DNA from: Psilocybe cubensis | Taxonomy: Eukaryota | Direction of reading: 5' to 3' | DNA length: 64,000 nucleotides | NCBI GenBank assembly: GCA_017499595.2 | Contig: CM039004.1 | Coordinates: 2,356,001-2,420,000 of the forward strand | Shown here: positions 26,648-40,067 of the stretch, piece after piece | Layout of the letters: each line of letters starts with the position of its first letter | How positions within the stretch are numbered: the first letter of the stretch is position 1 | The notes under the pieces: model-generated | The model's input: the letters and a program-made list of their open reading frames with translations, nothing else | Told to the model about the DNA's origin: nothing | The model's database searches: none | Translations under genes and position numbers: made by a program

Positions 26648-28081
26648 ATGTTCTACTACATCTCTTTCCTCCGTCCTCCTCCCGTGCAAGCAGCACCTTA
26701 CGGAACCATCTCAATCAAACCACAAATATCTAACGACTTGCGCACTGAGCCTTTCGATGGAGAACAAGAACTCTTCTACTCATGGACCCAAGAGGGCACC
26801 CGTCAGCCTCGAACTACCAAACCCATAAAACTCACGACATGGCGCCTCTCATCCGCGTACAAGGATATCCCTCTGCCCGTTCCAGCAGGCGTGCGCGAGG
26901 GAGACCGGTGGCGATTGACACTGACCGGCCAGCCGCAGGCACATGGACACTTGACTCCGGAGTGCATCGACCTCAGCTCGTCCCAGGTCGGCAGGGTGCC
27001 GTTCCCTGTGATGTCCATGCCCGTTATTTTCCACGGACGCGGGCACAAGGGATCGCCAAAACAGGAGATGGTGGAGAGGACGTATCTCGTCCCGTATGTC
27101 TACCGCGACCTTTCTTCGGTGACCGAAGACGACCCAATCCCTGCAGGCGAGAAGCAGATGGCCGCTTTGCATATAAGAGAAAACACCTCGTTTGATCTCG
27201 ACAAGGTGAGATCAGCGACGTCAATTTGCGCATTTTCTCATCGCATTCGACAACGCTAACGCGGTTTAGACCTTTTCAGAAAATTTGGGATAGTGGATTA
27301 GGGCTCTGCTCATGGTTAATCGAATTGAAAGAAAATCCTGCTCTCCGAGCAGATAACGTGGAGCTGCAACGCCTTCGCGATTCTTTATTTTCCGATGAAC
27401 CTCGCAAAATATTGGAACTGGGTGTGTTTTGATTTTCGATGTTTTTTATACGGATGTTAATATTGATGATAGGTGCCGGTGTTGGAATTCTTCTCGCTGT
27501 AATTGCAACTTTGAGGTCGGATCTGACCAATGTCAAGACAGGAACTGACAACCTTTTCGCAACTGATGTTGGTCAGTGTCTTTTTTCTGCCTTTCCCTTT
27601 TCGGCTTCTGATAATGTTCATCTCAAAAAAGAAAGCGCCATGCCCCTTCTAGAAGAAAACATCTCCATCAATGATATTTATTACAAATCTAACCCTCCAA
27701 AAGCACTGGTCCTTGATTGGGACGACGAAGAACTCCCAGAAGCAGTCAAGACACTTCAAAATCTCGATGCCATCGTGTAAATCATGCCTTTCAACTCGTT
27801 CTCCCAAGATTAGCTAAATGCGCATTTACCTTTTCAGAATGGCAGACGTAACCTACAACACCGCTTCGTTCCCTTCACTCTGCCGTACACTGTCCACTCT
27901 CGTCCGCATGGGCCCCAAAGCGCCCACTGTAATTCTGAGCTACAAGGTCAGAGACGACGCGGAACGCGATTTCTGGAAAATGGCGGTGGACGTAGGGATT
28001 GATTTCGTCAAAATCGGTCAGCGCGTGGGTGCTGGTGGTGCGCCAATAGAAATTTGGTCGGGGCATGTACGGCAAGTGTAG
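26648..28081 (+). CDS. METTL21/family-16 lysine methyltransferase
   Basis: MFYYISFLRPP start, ENTSFDLDKKIWDSG, ILELGAGVG, LDWD and ADVTYN motifs across 5 exons. Confidence 0.87.
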
Positions 28082-28256
28082 AGGATTGTTTGGTTTGATG
28101 TTTTGAAGTACAACGTTGACCTGTTCAATTTTTTTTTTGGACGGGGCATTGCGAACGATTCAAAAATAGGTACAAAATGACGGATATAAACTGCACACCA
28201 GAACAAAATATAACATTGTATTATGTCAAAACATCCATCATACCCGCGAAGTTAAT

Positions 28257-30079
28257 CTACTTGACACCGTCGTCCTCGGATTCGTCAGAGTCTACCAAGG
28301 GAATGAATCGCCTGCCTTCTCTCTATAGATTATTTAAAATCAGCATTCCAAATGTCATGGGACCAAAAAATGTGTACCGTTGGCGAGCGTCGTGCCTTGT
28401 TAAACATCCCTTTAGGTTTACCAGCTAAAATTTCCAGACCAGCAGAAGCAAGCGTAGGAGGCTCCATGTGGCCTGTACCAAGCGTATGGACGTCCTCGAC
28501 ACTCTCCTTTTTTACATTGAAGCTCTGTCGCTGTAGAGTAGGTGTGTTCACAGGAATCCGCGGGTCTCGCAAAGATCTTTCGTCTCGAGAAGCAGAAACA
28601 ATATCGGCATCACCAGAAGCAGCCATCATGCCACCAGCACTCGAAAAGGATGTTTGGGCGTGTAGAATCCTTGGCGGCCGAGCCTCTGTTGAAGTGAGCC
28701 CCGTCAAATTCACCATAGAAAACACAGGAGGCAGCATGTCGCTCGAGCTTTCCGACGCCAAATCATGAGTGCCAGTCAGTCTGAAAACACTTGACCTTCG
28801 ATGGAGATTTTTGGAAGTAACTCGGGGTGAAGATACCGGCAAATCGCCTAGCGGTCGACGAGGAGTTGTGAAGGCAGGGACCGCGAATGTTCCACGGCGG
28901 CGCCCGGAAGATAAGGGCGTAGTTCTATCAGCAAGATTCGTAGGAGATAAGCCATTTGAGGGGCCAACCTTTTGGTCATTTCCCCGAGAAGAGGTATGAG
29001 ATCTGGTGGAAATACGACGTATAGAGGCCAAGGGCGCTCTTTGAATAGGAGAAGAGCTTGGATTCGCAATCTCAGAAACCGAGGCATGCTTTGACGGGGA
29101 TTTGCTGGGCAACTTATCAATCCGAGCCTTCTTGTGAACTGGTGTTGACATGGAAGGTGTAGTTGACACAGACTGAGGAGGTTTGTCGGATTCTACTCGT
29201 ATCCGTTTTCCTAGATTATTCAACGCAGGTTCCTGAATGGTTGCCGGAAATTTATAGGATGTCACGAAATTTGATAAAGTCTCTGTCAAGTTCGTTTTTA
29301 AAGCGTCTATATGCAGCGGTATGGCTTGAAGCAAAGGCAGCAAAGGCAGTACAGCAGCCATTATAGTAGCTTGTTTATCGAGCAGAATTTGCACAGCCTG
29401 GATTTGAGTTTGCAGAGCCTGAGTATGCGCCTGATTAAACTGTTATACATAATTTTATCAAAGTCAAGCAATCGAATTGAACGGAGGGTTATTATCATTG
29501 CACGATACCGATTGGATGGCATCCAGTCGTTGGTCAAGGCCACTCAAGCGATAGTTGACATCTTTAAACAGTTGCTCAACCATTGTGTCTTGTGCCGGGA
29601 CTCCAACAGACTTTTGAATTTCCTTTTGGCTTCTATTGACTGTAGCAAAGGTGAACCCCGATATCAAACAGTGTCATAAAGCATTGCGGTATGTATAAAG
29701 AAGTCTCCCGAAACATACCGAGATCAACTATGTCTCCCATGAGGCTTTCACGGTCTTTGTCAAACAGAGAATGAATCGACTTGATTTCGGCCTTGGATTC
29801 TTTGATCTCTTCGAACAATTGGCCAACGTGTTTTCCAAACTTTTCAAAGTTAGCCTGTGTGTCATGCAGTAATACGCGCATCGAGGTCGCGTTTTTGTCC
29901 ATAGGAGCAGAAGGAGGTGCCATGTACGCTATATCAGAAACAGATGTAGGTGCCCGTCTACTTGAGTGTAGCAAGTTTTCCCAGAGAGGCGTAGAGGCCA
30001 TTGATGGTCGAGCTACTCCATAATTGATTGGGTTCACGTTTCCCGTCGTCGTAGCACTGGCACTAGTAGTGGCCGACAT
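28257..30079 (-). CDS. Coiled-coil plus disordered protein, candidate Mer2/Rec15/IHO1-like meiotic factor
   Basis: 4 exons splice in frame. Helical N-terminal region (SMRVLLHDTQANFEKF...LDQRLDAIQS), S/P/R-rich middle, terminal exon REGRRFIPLVDSDESEDDGVK*. The gene model is solid but the family call is inference. Confidence 0.55.
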
Positions 30080-30768
30080 AAGGTCCTTCAGAATGAAAAT
30101 TACGCAAGAACTTCTCGTTTTCAGAACGATGACCCGACAAAGGAATAAAGGTCTTGCGAGTCGTGAGGCGGTTTGGGAGACTTCAGAGATGCTATATGAG
30201 GGATGTTGAAATCAATATGGGGTTGGCTAATGCTGATATCTGGTGATAGTAAATTAATTAATAAAACTTCCCAAAAAAAAAAGACGAGTGTTAACAATTG
30301 GTAGTGAACGATCGAAATTTAGTAAATAAAATAAAAGAGTCAAACTGGAACTCATCTAATAATTCAGACAGTTTTCGGCAGACCAAGCATGCTAATTTAC
30401 CTTCCATAACTTCACCAGTGGCTGCCCATCGCATGCCAATCTCGACACACACGCTGGGCATATTTACGGACTACGCCAGCCCAAAAGCCAGTCTTACATA
30501 CATAGGAAAACAAGACTGTAAACGCATCGTATGATCCTCAATTTACTTCCCGCATACACGCCTAAACTTAGTATCGCGATTAAGACCCATCAAAATGAGA
30601 AGCACTGAGAGAAAGAACAGAAGACAAGTTGTTCTAGGTTATGTGGAGCTAAGTTGTTTATTTGACCTAGTGCGCAGACATTATCAATGCGCCAAGTTCA
30701 TGGCTCTGGCAAAAAAGAAGGGTTTGTCAGGGACATGTGTCTGCTATTCCTGGCAGCAAAAGCACACC

Positions 30769-31126
30769 TCAGAATCCAGCCAAATGGCAGGCATTACAGG
30801 AGAAGTTTGGATTGGGTCTAATAAGGTCTTGAGTGTTTCCCATCCTAGCACAATAGTGCGAGATTTCAGCAAATAATTGGGCAATAGGAATTGATGAAAA
30901 ACCATACCGTTGGGTGCACTCGGTCAAGCAGGAGTGCTCTCGGGGGACGTGCGATGCGCTCTTCGAACAAGTATTGCTATTACAGTCAACCTGAGATGCA
31001 ATAACATATACGTCAGAGACAACCTCACGCGACACGGCGACGATCCACTGTACGTACCTTCTGGCGATGATCCAGGATGATATGTTGGCATCTATATTGG
31101 CTTAAAACACGCAATACGTAACACAT
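30769..31126 (-). CDS. Small Cys/His-rich putative zinc-binding protein (75 aa, 3 coding exons)
   Basis: Exons 31126-31058, 30990-30908 and 30844-30769 with GT-AG introns give MCYVLRVLSQYRCQHIILDHRQKVDCNSNTCSKSASHVPREHSCLTECTQRMGNTQDLIRPNPNFSCNACHLAGF*. Alternative in-frame ATG at 31162. Confidence 0.72.
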
Positions 31127-31438
31127 GTTGTTGAAGGGATTCTTGATTTGCGCTTTTGACATTTTTACCGTCGTAGAGTTGGATTAAGTATGAAATTGAG
31201 GAGTAGTAAGTTTCCTGAAAAAGTTGTGGGCTCCTTCAACCAAAATAAAATGGGGTATGATCGTTTTCTTAATGTGAATGCTAGAGATTTCGCCGGGGAT
31301 TCCGCAATTTTGAGTGCGTAAAATTAAACAATTATAACGATTCGATCTGCATCCGTCGGTCGATTGGGGAAGCAAAGGTGAATTATTGATACACATCCTA
31401 AAAAAACAACCGGCAAATAAGTGTGTCTAAATAAGGAC

Positions 31439-34147
31439 TCAACCTCTTCCCAAACCTGACACCAAAGATCTCGAGAAATATTGAGCCAGCGCAAGCCGTA
31501 CGGTCTTGAGTCGCTCTAACGCTTCCTTTTCACCCCGGCATCCCAGTACCCGTATCAAGACAGCTAAATAATCATCACTGGCTCCTTGAGAAGTGCGGAC
31601 AAATATTTCCTCAAGTTTTTGAAGTAAAAGGGAGGCACCAGATGACGGGAATAATGCTACGGGCGCTAAAGTGAAAACGACGATTATCAGGATGATTGCC
31701 ACGAAATGTTCAAACACTGTTACTTACTATACCTCAGGAGTTTTGTTGCATCGCAAAGAACAACTGCCCACCACGACGTGGGGGCCACATCTTCGATAAA
31801 GATGGCGAGCAAATCCGCAGCTGCATCTTCATATTCTTGTTTATCCACTAATTCATGGAATCGAGCGTATCTGACAGCAAATATGAGTCTATGCACAAAT
31901 ACACCCTGAATCGCTGATTGCAATCTCAGCTCCTGGACTGAAGGTGCAATAGCAAGAGCGTATTGTGTAAACTTTCGAGGACCTAGGGATGGCGTCGATT
32001 AAATCCCAAAAATGTAAAACGGCGAGAGATCTCATACCGCTTGTGATATATTCGTCTAAGACGCGGTCTACGATCCGTGCAAGTCCCCGCCAATCTTCGG
32101 CCGATGTACAGTAGGACACTGCAAGACCGTAATCTTTTTCTGAAACCAAAGTTTGAGCAGCAATCTGATCATTTGGTGAGTATTGATAATATCTTCTAAG
32201 GTCAATGAAGATGATCACAAACCCGGCAGACGGTCCTTCTGACATGTTCACGTTTGTATTCGAAGCAGGTTTTATTGACATCTTTCAAAACGCCCACAAT
32301 GTCGCCTGCTCGAATACGGCTGTCGACCATGAGGTTAGAGTTCTGTTGGTGCAACTTTAAGGGGACACGTAGTAAAACTTCATCGGCTCGTTTCTGCCCT
32401 ATTTCGCCGCATGAATACATATAGTCCACGGTAACCCTCCAAAGTGCCGGGTCTGAATGTAAATGATCAGCATAAGATAGCACATAATGATCGCGAATCG
32501 ATATTTCGGACCTATGAAGTGGTGAAACCTTGTTAGTATTAATGTGCAACACGTGATAAAACCTTACTCTTCGTCGACCGTAGAGTCAATGAGGTCAATG
32601 AACTCCATAATGTCCGCTAGGTGAGCAGATAGCCAACTGTCCAATTGATGGGCATGATGGAGGGTTTCAGTATGATTAGCCGTAAATAGCGAGGCATGCA
32701 GCATGTCCTCTGGGTCCGTGGGGTCTGGGGGCATGTCGGCAATTACTGAGGCTGCAACTTCACTGGATAAATGCTTTAATGACATATGTCGTTATAATAT
32801 ACAACTTACTTACAATAATTCATCTCTCCTCATTCGAGGATCCACAAAGGTGCACCAAGCAACGCAGACCTCTTTCCAGTCGGCGCCCATGTCTTCGCAA
32901 ATACGTTGAATGACATCGTGCCGGCCTTCGAGAATTCCAACTATATCACTTAGTTTGTCCCACCAATTATCGAAGCCGTCGGATCGGTCTACTTCAGGAA
33001 CACGGTCCATGTCAATACGCAGTGCTTTCACCTTCTCTCGCCATCGACGAAACGCAAAAGCAAAGTCGCTTTCAGCTTTGAAATCGACTAAACTGGGTTG
33101 CGATTCTACAAGCGGAATGAGAGTGCTAGTAATTGTCTGAAGTTTTTCCGATGGGTGCTTTTCCAGAACGCCTAAGAAAAATACAGAAGCCTTGGAAAGG
33201 CCACGTAGAATAGCTCTAAGGTTGGTGAGTGCCACATGATATTATCAGGCATCCAATCAACGGACTTACCGAGTCAAGTATGGCCAAAACAATTCGTCCT
33301 CCCAGGGTCTATCCAACGCACTCAATTGGACTCCTTCTTCGGTTGATGGCTCTATAAAATGTGTGTTGAGCCATACCATGAGGGTCTCTCCCACAGGTGC
33401 TCGTTCATCTCCAGGTTCTGGGAGAAACAAGCACACGAACAGTGAGAAACATGTGTACAATTTACGAAAGTGCTCGCTACTGGACTGGGACGAGCTGGTT
33501 TCAGGTGGAAGTGCTGGCGTCTGTGTGAAGAGCTCAAATTTATTTTGAGAGTGACGAGAAAAAGAAAGGAAGTGAGCGAACCGATGCATCGACCCAATGA
33601 GACTCGATAAAATTAGAATAATCGATGGAAAGTTTTCGGATATGTATCAAGATTTCTGAGTCGCTGGTCCTTTGGATATGATATCAGAAAAATTAGCCAA
33701 TGAGAGCTGGATTGTGTTAAATATCCACCAATGAATAACCTTTGAGGTCGCGTCTTGTTTAAGTTGTCTCATAGTAGTGAATATCTGCAAGGTGTCTGTG
33801 AGAAACTAGAACGAGATTAATCTCATGCAGCAGTAGTTAGAAGATGGAGACAGCCTCACAAGACGCCTTCCGGAAGAAGGAGCGTTATCCAAACTGGCAA
33901 TGTATAGAGATTGCTCATCCTCCAGTGTGTGACCGTCGTCTGCAGTTGGTGGGTTCTACGACCATGCATTAATGGAAGCCCAGAGAATTGAGTTTGAAGG
34001 GCCAATCACCAGGTTCGTGGCATAAATGGCCAAGGAGTTGTCCAACGGAGACAGCACAGAAGATAGAGTTTGACCAGCATTGACAAAGTCCTGGAACTTG
34101 CCTGCCTCCACCAAATGTGGAACGAGATTGAGGTAATCAGTCCCCAT
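31439..34147 (-). CDS. NUP85: Nucleoporin Nup85
   Basis: Multi-exon helical protein with WLNTHFIEPSTEEG, PWEDELFWPYLTR, DSWLSAHLADIM and LWRVTVDYM segments typical of fungal Nup85. Confidence 0.8.
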
Positions 34148-35308
34148 TTTACATGTATCGATGGGTTAAAACACGCTTCAAGGCAATTGGTGGCCTTTAA
34201 GGAAATAGTGATAGAGTTTTCGTGAACAACGGTACGCGCATATGAAGAGGCGCGTCAACAACCGCGAACAAGGGTCAAACTTTACCACAGTCACACGTGA
34301 TCCATACTGTGCCGTTTAGTCAAATAACCTCAAAACATCCGAATCTGCTTGTAACTTAACAAGTTACTACACTGCTCCTCTACTTCTACGCCGTTTGTTT
34401 ACTCTTCTGATTGCTGATAATTAATCTTTTAAAACTTTCCGATTTCGAGGTACCAACCAGGGACATATGACTCGTCTGAGCAGAAACTTTTGCAGTGGGG
34501 AGCCGTTATATCACACTCTAATAATAAAAGACTTCCTTTAGCCAATAACACTGTGAGTAACACTACTAAATACGTTGCGCGTTTCTGGTATCTGTGTGCT
34601 ATGTCAAGGTTCTTTGTGCTCCGCTAGATCTATTTCACCAATACAGCTTCCTCTAGTCCTTTGGCCACACTTTGCTTGGATTCTGTATCTGCTTAGATGC
34701 GTGGTCGTGCTATTTGTTTCTGAAGTTCACAATTCACAATTTCCCTCTTTTTGGGACAATCATCACCATAGGACAAGGCGGCCTTGCAACCCTTTTCAGC
34801 GGCTGTAATTGACCAAGAATCCGCTAGCCACATAGAGAACGTAGCATCAATATATCTTTACAGTCTGAACAATAACAATGTGGGTGCTGAGGTATCGACA
34901 ACTTGAATGTGCAGGTCATATACTGAAAACTGTTTCCTGTATTATTTGGCCCAATCGTGTACGTATGCATTCTTCACCGCGTTACATGACCTGCCTTCCG
35001 TTCCATTGACCAACTTGACTTATTCAGACCTTGTGCAACCGTCAAAGGCAGATCGGGAACCTCCAGAAATTATCAGCAATTTTACATGCTTAGCTCGTGT
35101 CTGCCAGAATTGCCTCTCAGTGAACTCTTCTTGATATTTTCAGCTTTGATGTCCTATTGACAGCGGCTCCACTGTGAACTGCGGAATCATTCTTCGGTGA
35201 GGAATTGCTATTGTGCAAACCCTTTTTGACAAGTTTTAGGGTTTCTGAATCGACAGGACTTCTAACAAATACAAATTACACCCATAGAAAATATCAATGT
35301 GCAATAGA

Positions 35309-37441
35309 TCAGAAGTCTTCGGCATCAACCCAGACTTCCGAATCTGTAGTATCAACTGCCTCTAAGTCGTCTAAACGAACAAGCCTCCTGGCATCCTTCG
35401 CACCCGGCACACCAGGTCTGGCAGTGACGTCCCAACGCGCTGGCCTATTCTCAATGTCCTGCAGCATTTCTGCAAGGAAGGTCTCGCCATCAATGTCATA
35501 CCTGGATAAGAAGATGTTCCAGCCAAGGAAAAGTCGGCTTCTCGCATCTCTGTGCGTATCGTGTGCGTCATTGTCATCGTCGGAATTGGATGAGAAGGCA
35601 TATAGTTGGCTGAGCGATGGTAGAGTCACCACGATCCCTTCTTCATGAGAATACGACACATCAAAGTTTTGTATCATCCCAATATTACAACCTCGTTGAA
35701 GCAGCTTAAACGCATTTGGGCCGCCTTCACGTAGACGTCGGTCATTTGGGTGTACGTCGACAACAGGAGGAGACCAACGCGGGAATACATAAACGCACTC
35801 GTTCTCATGATCATCTTCGTCATCGTCGTCAGTTTCTTCTTCGCTATCACTGCTGTCTCTGTGGGCAAAAATAGAACCCATGACGCGGTGCTGCCGCAAT
35901 TCGTGAAGCGAGATAGCATGGTCCTCGAATTCATCTGAATCGAATGCCACATAATCGTCTGCGGAATCATCTCCTTGCGAGTCTGATTCTTCGCTAAGGG
36001 GAAAGATTCCTTTCCAGGGATCCACACTATCTGTCTGGTATCTTTGGGACGTTTCACCCGAGTCCACAAATCCTGTGTCAAGAGGTGAATGTCCTTTGAA
36101 TTTCTTCAAAGTGGATGAAATAGCCTTGACCATAAAAACCGGTACTGGTCGGCGCTTAACAGGAGCTCTACAGGTGGGACAAGATTTTGAACGCATGAGG
36201 ATATAATGTGGATCCGTTAATTCGTCAGGGTCTATGTCCATGTCGTCCGTTGTTGGGGGAGCCTTTTTAAACCATTCTGTAAGACACAGCAGGCATAGAA
36301 CATGTCCACATGGCGAGATTCTAGGAGAAAAATTGTGATGTATATTACAGAGTAGATTCAGGCTTTACTTACGCAAATGGTTGGTCTGGAAGATCCATAC
36401 ATATTTGGCATAACACTGATGATTCAATAGTAGAAAGTATCTGTCAGAAGCAGGAGCAATTAATTGTTGGCGATTTGGTCACTCAAAAGATGTACCTCTT
36501 CATTTTTCTTTTGTTTTTCTTTCACCTTTACGAGTTCCGTTTCTTTCTCTTTGATAGTCTATGATACTTCGTTATACCCCAATTGAACGTATGACTTGAA
36601 GAACATACCGAATTAGCGGCAACCAGCTCTGATTTAACTTCGTCAAGTTGCTGAATACACAAAACCGTTAACAAACATGTAAGCAAAAAACATACAAGAA
36701 TGGTCAGGTTACCTTTTGATCTCGTTTAGATTTCTTTCTAGAATCTTGTAGGGCCTCCTTCAAACTTTCAATCTCTTTCCTCATTCGGTCGAATTCTGCA
36801 GCAGCCAGAGATCCTCTGAAGCCGTCATGCCGAAGTCTATCCTGTCTATCGTCGCTCCCAGAGCGCTGTGGGGGGTCCCTTTGATGTTGGCGACTCTGAA
36901 GAAATGACGTAGACAGATCATGGTCCAAATCTGGTGGATGGGCAAGTGCATCAAATACACGCGCGGATGCCTGCTTGGATGTAGCTTTCGAAATATATGG
37001 TCCAGATGCATCATGGGTACTTGGTACTCTGTTTTCAGGTCTGTCTGATGACCCTAGTATAAGGCCGGAATTCGACTTCTTTCTCTTTAATGCCCTGGGT
37101 TGACTGGGAGTGATTGGCAATGGTTTATCCTTTCCAGAGGTCTTATGACGATCATCACGAGAACGATTTCGGTGAGGAGAGGAAGAATATCGAGAATGGT
37201 TCCATTCTCTGTCGGACACAGTGGGGCGGTCGGCAGAGGTCGTAGTTTGCACTAGGTGTGCTACACGCATCCTGATAGCTTCACTTCCGGATCTAGGTCT
37301 TGTGCTTGATGAGCCTCTGATAGCATGCTGCGTCGTAGAGCCGTCAGACATAGTCGCACAGAGAAACGTTGTATTGGTTTGTGATAGGGTATGCAGCGGC
37401 TCCAGAAGCTTCGAACTTGAATCCACTTGAGACTGAAACAC
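35309..37441 (-). CDS. RING-HC (C3HC4) finger E3 ligase-like protein
   Basis: Spliced CQICMD...PCGHVLCLLC...KSCPTCR after a coiled coil, with an acidic C-terminal region. Start codon uncertain (37441 or 37351). Confidence 0.82.
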
Positions 37442-37855
37442 TCAGGAAACTTCACTCTCAAACCAGCGTCTTCGGAATATTAAGAGGAACTGCGAAATTA
37501 AATATGCATTCCCAGATAGATAGGGTATCTCACCTGTCTACACAATGCTGGATAATTAGACGCCTTTTGGAAAGTAAGTAAGTACTAGCTGCTGGGGCAA
37601 GTGTGCCAGGGGTTGGCTAGGGGAAAGGGGACAATGATACAATGAGCAATTGTTCCCGTGATCAAGACGTAATCACAGGTACCGATGGCCCAGATTAGAT
37701 TAGCGCGTCGTAAAAATCCGAATCAAATACGGCCGAAAAGTTTATACGATTACTTTTAGACACAATCCAGTTCGTATCTCGAAATTTTATATTCAACCCG
37801 AACTTGACCTCTTACTACAACAATCTCAGGGGACTCTGCCTTTAACTTGACTGAA

Positions 37856-39608
37856 ATGCCCGCAAACTCTGGCCGCGTTCTTCTCGCTTACTCTGGAGGT
37901 TTGGGTCAGTCTCCATGTGCATTCTCTTTCGCCGCGTCGTCTCATTTCAAATCAAGATACCTCCTGTATCCTCGCCTGGCTGATCGAGCAGGGATACGAG
38001 GTCTATGCTTTCATGGCCGACGTTGGTCAGGAAGAGGTAAATGGGCTCGTTTTGACGATTCCACATCCATAACTTGATCTCTTTCACAGGACTTTGCTGC
38101 GGCTGAGGCAAAGGCTCTCAAAGTCGGTGCCAAGAAATTCTTCCTGGAGGTGACTCGACAATAAATATAAACTAAGGGAACGATTTCTTACTCTTCTTTA
38201 TCTCAGGACTTGAAGCGCGAGTTCGTGACTGAGCTCATCTACCCTGCCGTCCAGGCCAACTGCATTTACGAGGTATCTATTTAATTTTTGCGTCAATCTC
38301 CAACGATAATTTATCGGTTTTCAGAATGTCTACCTTCTTGGTACTTCACTTGCCCGGCCAGTTATTGCGCGTGGCATGATTGCTGTCGCCGAACGCGAAG
38401 GCTGCGAGTAAGTTTAAATGCTGAATAGAGGCATTCCTTTATGATTTTTCTAAAACTTTGTCTCAACTAACTTGACCTTCCCAGCTACGTCTCTCACGGA
38501 TGCACCGGCAAAGGAAACGATCAAGTTCGATTTGAACTTGCTTTCTACGGATTGAAGCCAGACATCAAGGTTATTGCTCCTTGGCGTCTCCCTGGTGCGT
38601 TCTACGCAATATTATACTCGTATGCTCGTGATCCCTAATTTTTGCATTAGACTTCTACAATCGATTCCCTGGTCGTCAATCTTTGCTTGCCTATGCCGAA
38701 AAATCTGGCATTCCCGTTGTCCAAACCGCGGCTAAGCCATGGTCGACGGATGAGAACTTGTTCCACATCTCGTACGAGGCCGGAATTCTGGAGGACCCCA
38801 ACGTCACTCCCCCTGCTGATATGTGGAAGCTGACCACTGCTCCCGAAGATGCACCCACTCAACCGGAGCGCATTGCCATCGAATTCAAGGCTGGTCTCCC
38901 CACTCGCGTTGTTGTCCCTGAGCAAGCCAAAGAATACACCGACGCTGTTGAAATCTTCCTCGCCCTCAATGCTCTCGGAAGGAAACATGGTATTGGTAGA
39001 ATCGACATCGTTGAGAACCGATTCATCGGCGTGAAGTCCCGTGGTTGCTACGAATCTCCTGGAGCTACTATTCTCCGTGCCGCACACGTCGATCTCGAAG
39101 GTCTTACTCTCGACAGGAACGTCCGCGCACTCCGCGATCAGTTCACCACCATTGAATTTAGCCGAATCCTCTATAACGGCCATTTCTTCACCCCCGAGCG
39201 CGAGTTCATCACCAGCTCCATCCCTGCCAGCCAAAGGACCGTCAACGGTCTCGTCAAATTGAAGCTCTACAAGGGCAACGTCGTCATTGAGGGACGTGAG
39301 AGCTCTGAGGTTTGTTTCTATTTAGCACATTGAAAATACGAGCGACTCATGACCGGATTTTCATTTTCAGGGTCTTTACGATGAACAGCAATCCTCCATG
39401 GACGAGCTGGGCGGATTTGAGCCAACTGACACAACTGGCTTTATTGCCATCGAGTCAATTCGCATCAAAAAGTATGTGACGCGTTCCGTGCAACTATTAA
39501 TCAGTTTCCTGATCATCATTGTTACTTTCGTCAAGGTGGGCGCAAGCCAACATTCGCAAGGGTCAAGCCGGTGTTGCTCCCAAGGATGTTTATGGTAGCC
39601 GAGTTTAA
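37856..39608 (+). CDS. ARG1: Argininosuccinate synthase
   Basis: [44 protein letters not shown] and [11 protein letters not shown] motifs. Confidence 0.97.
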
Positions 39609-40067
39609 AAGAGGAACATATGTCTCCCTCCTTTAATGTATTTGTTGGTTGCCATTAAAATATACAAATGTAAGTAATAAATAGTGTGTAGTAGACATTC
39701 CTATAGAGCAGGGTGTCGAGTGAAAAATGTAAGATGTCAATTCAAGTATACATGATCAATGCAAGCTTGGTACGCCTGAAAACACCCAGGGAGGTAATGA
39801 ACCAGCTTCTACCTTCGTAGGTGATACTGGAAAAGATGTGCGATAACCAATGATAGGATAAAATGCACGTCTATCTTGCTGCGGAGATGATCGATAGGCG
39901 CCCTTTTGAATGTGCCAATTGTCATAGTTAGTCGGATTGCCGGGTGACACCCTAAAATTCGCGTTGTGCAGCGCAAATGCAAACAGGGTAAAACCCGCAG
40001 GAGGCGATCGCAAGTCAATTGCAAGTGGAAGAGAACGAAGAAACAGGTAGGTTGTCATGCGCTTGGG

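Noticed and set aside
39756-40058. 100-aa ORF immediately downstream of the Tpt1-like stop
   Set aside because: No motifs or splice support; it lies in the convergent 3' UTR zone with ARG1.
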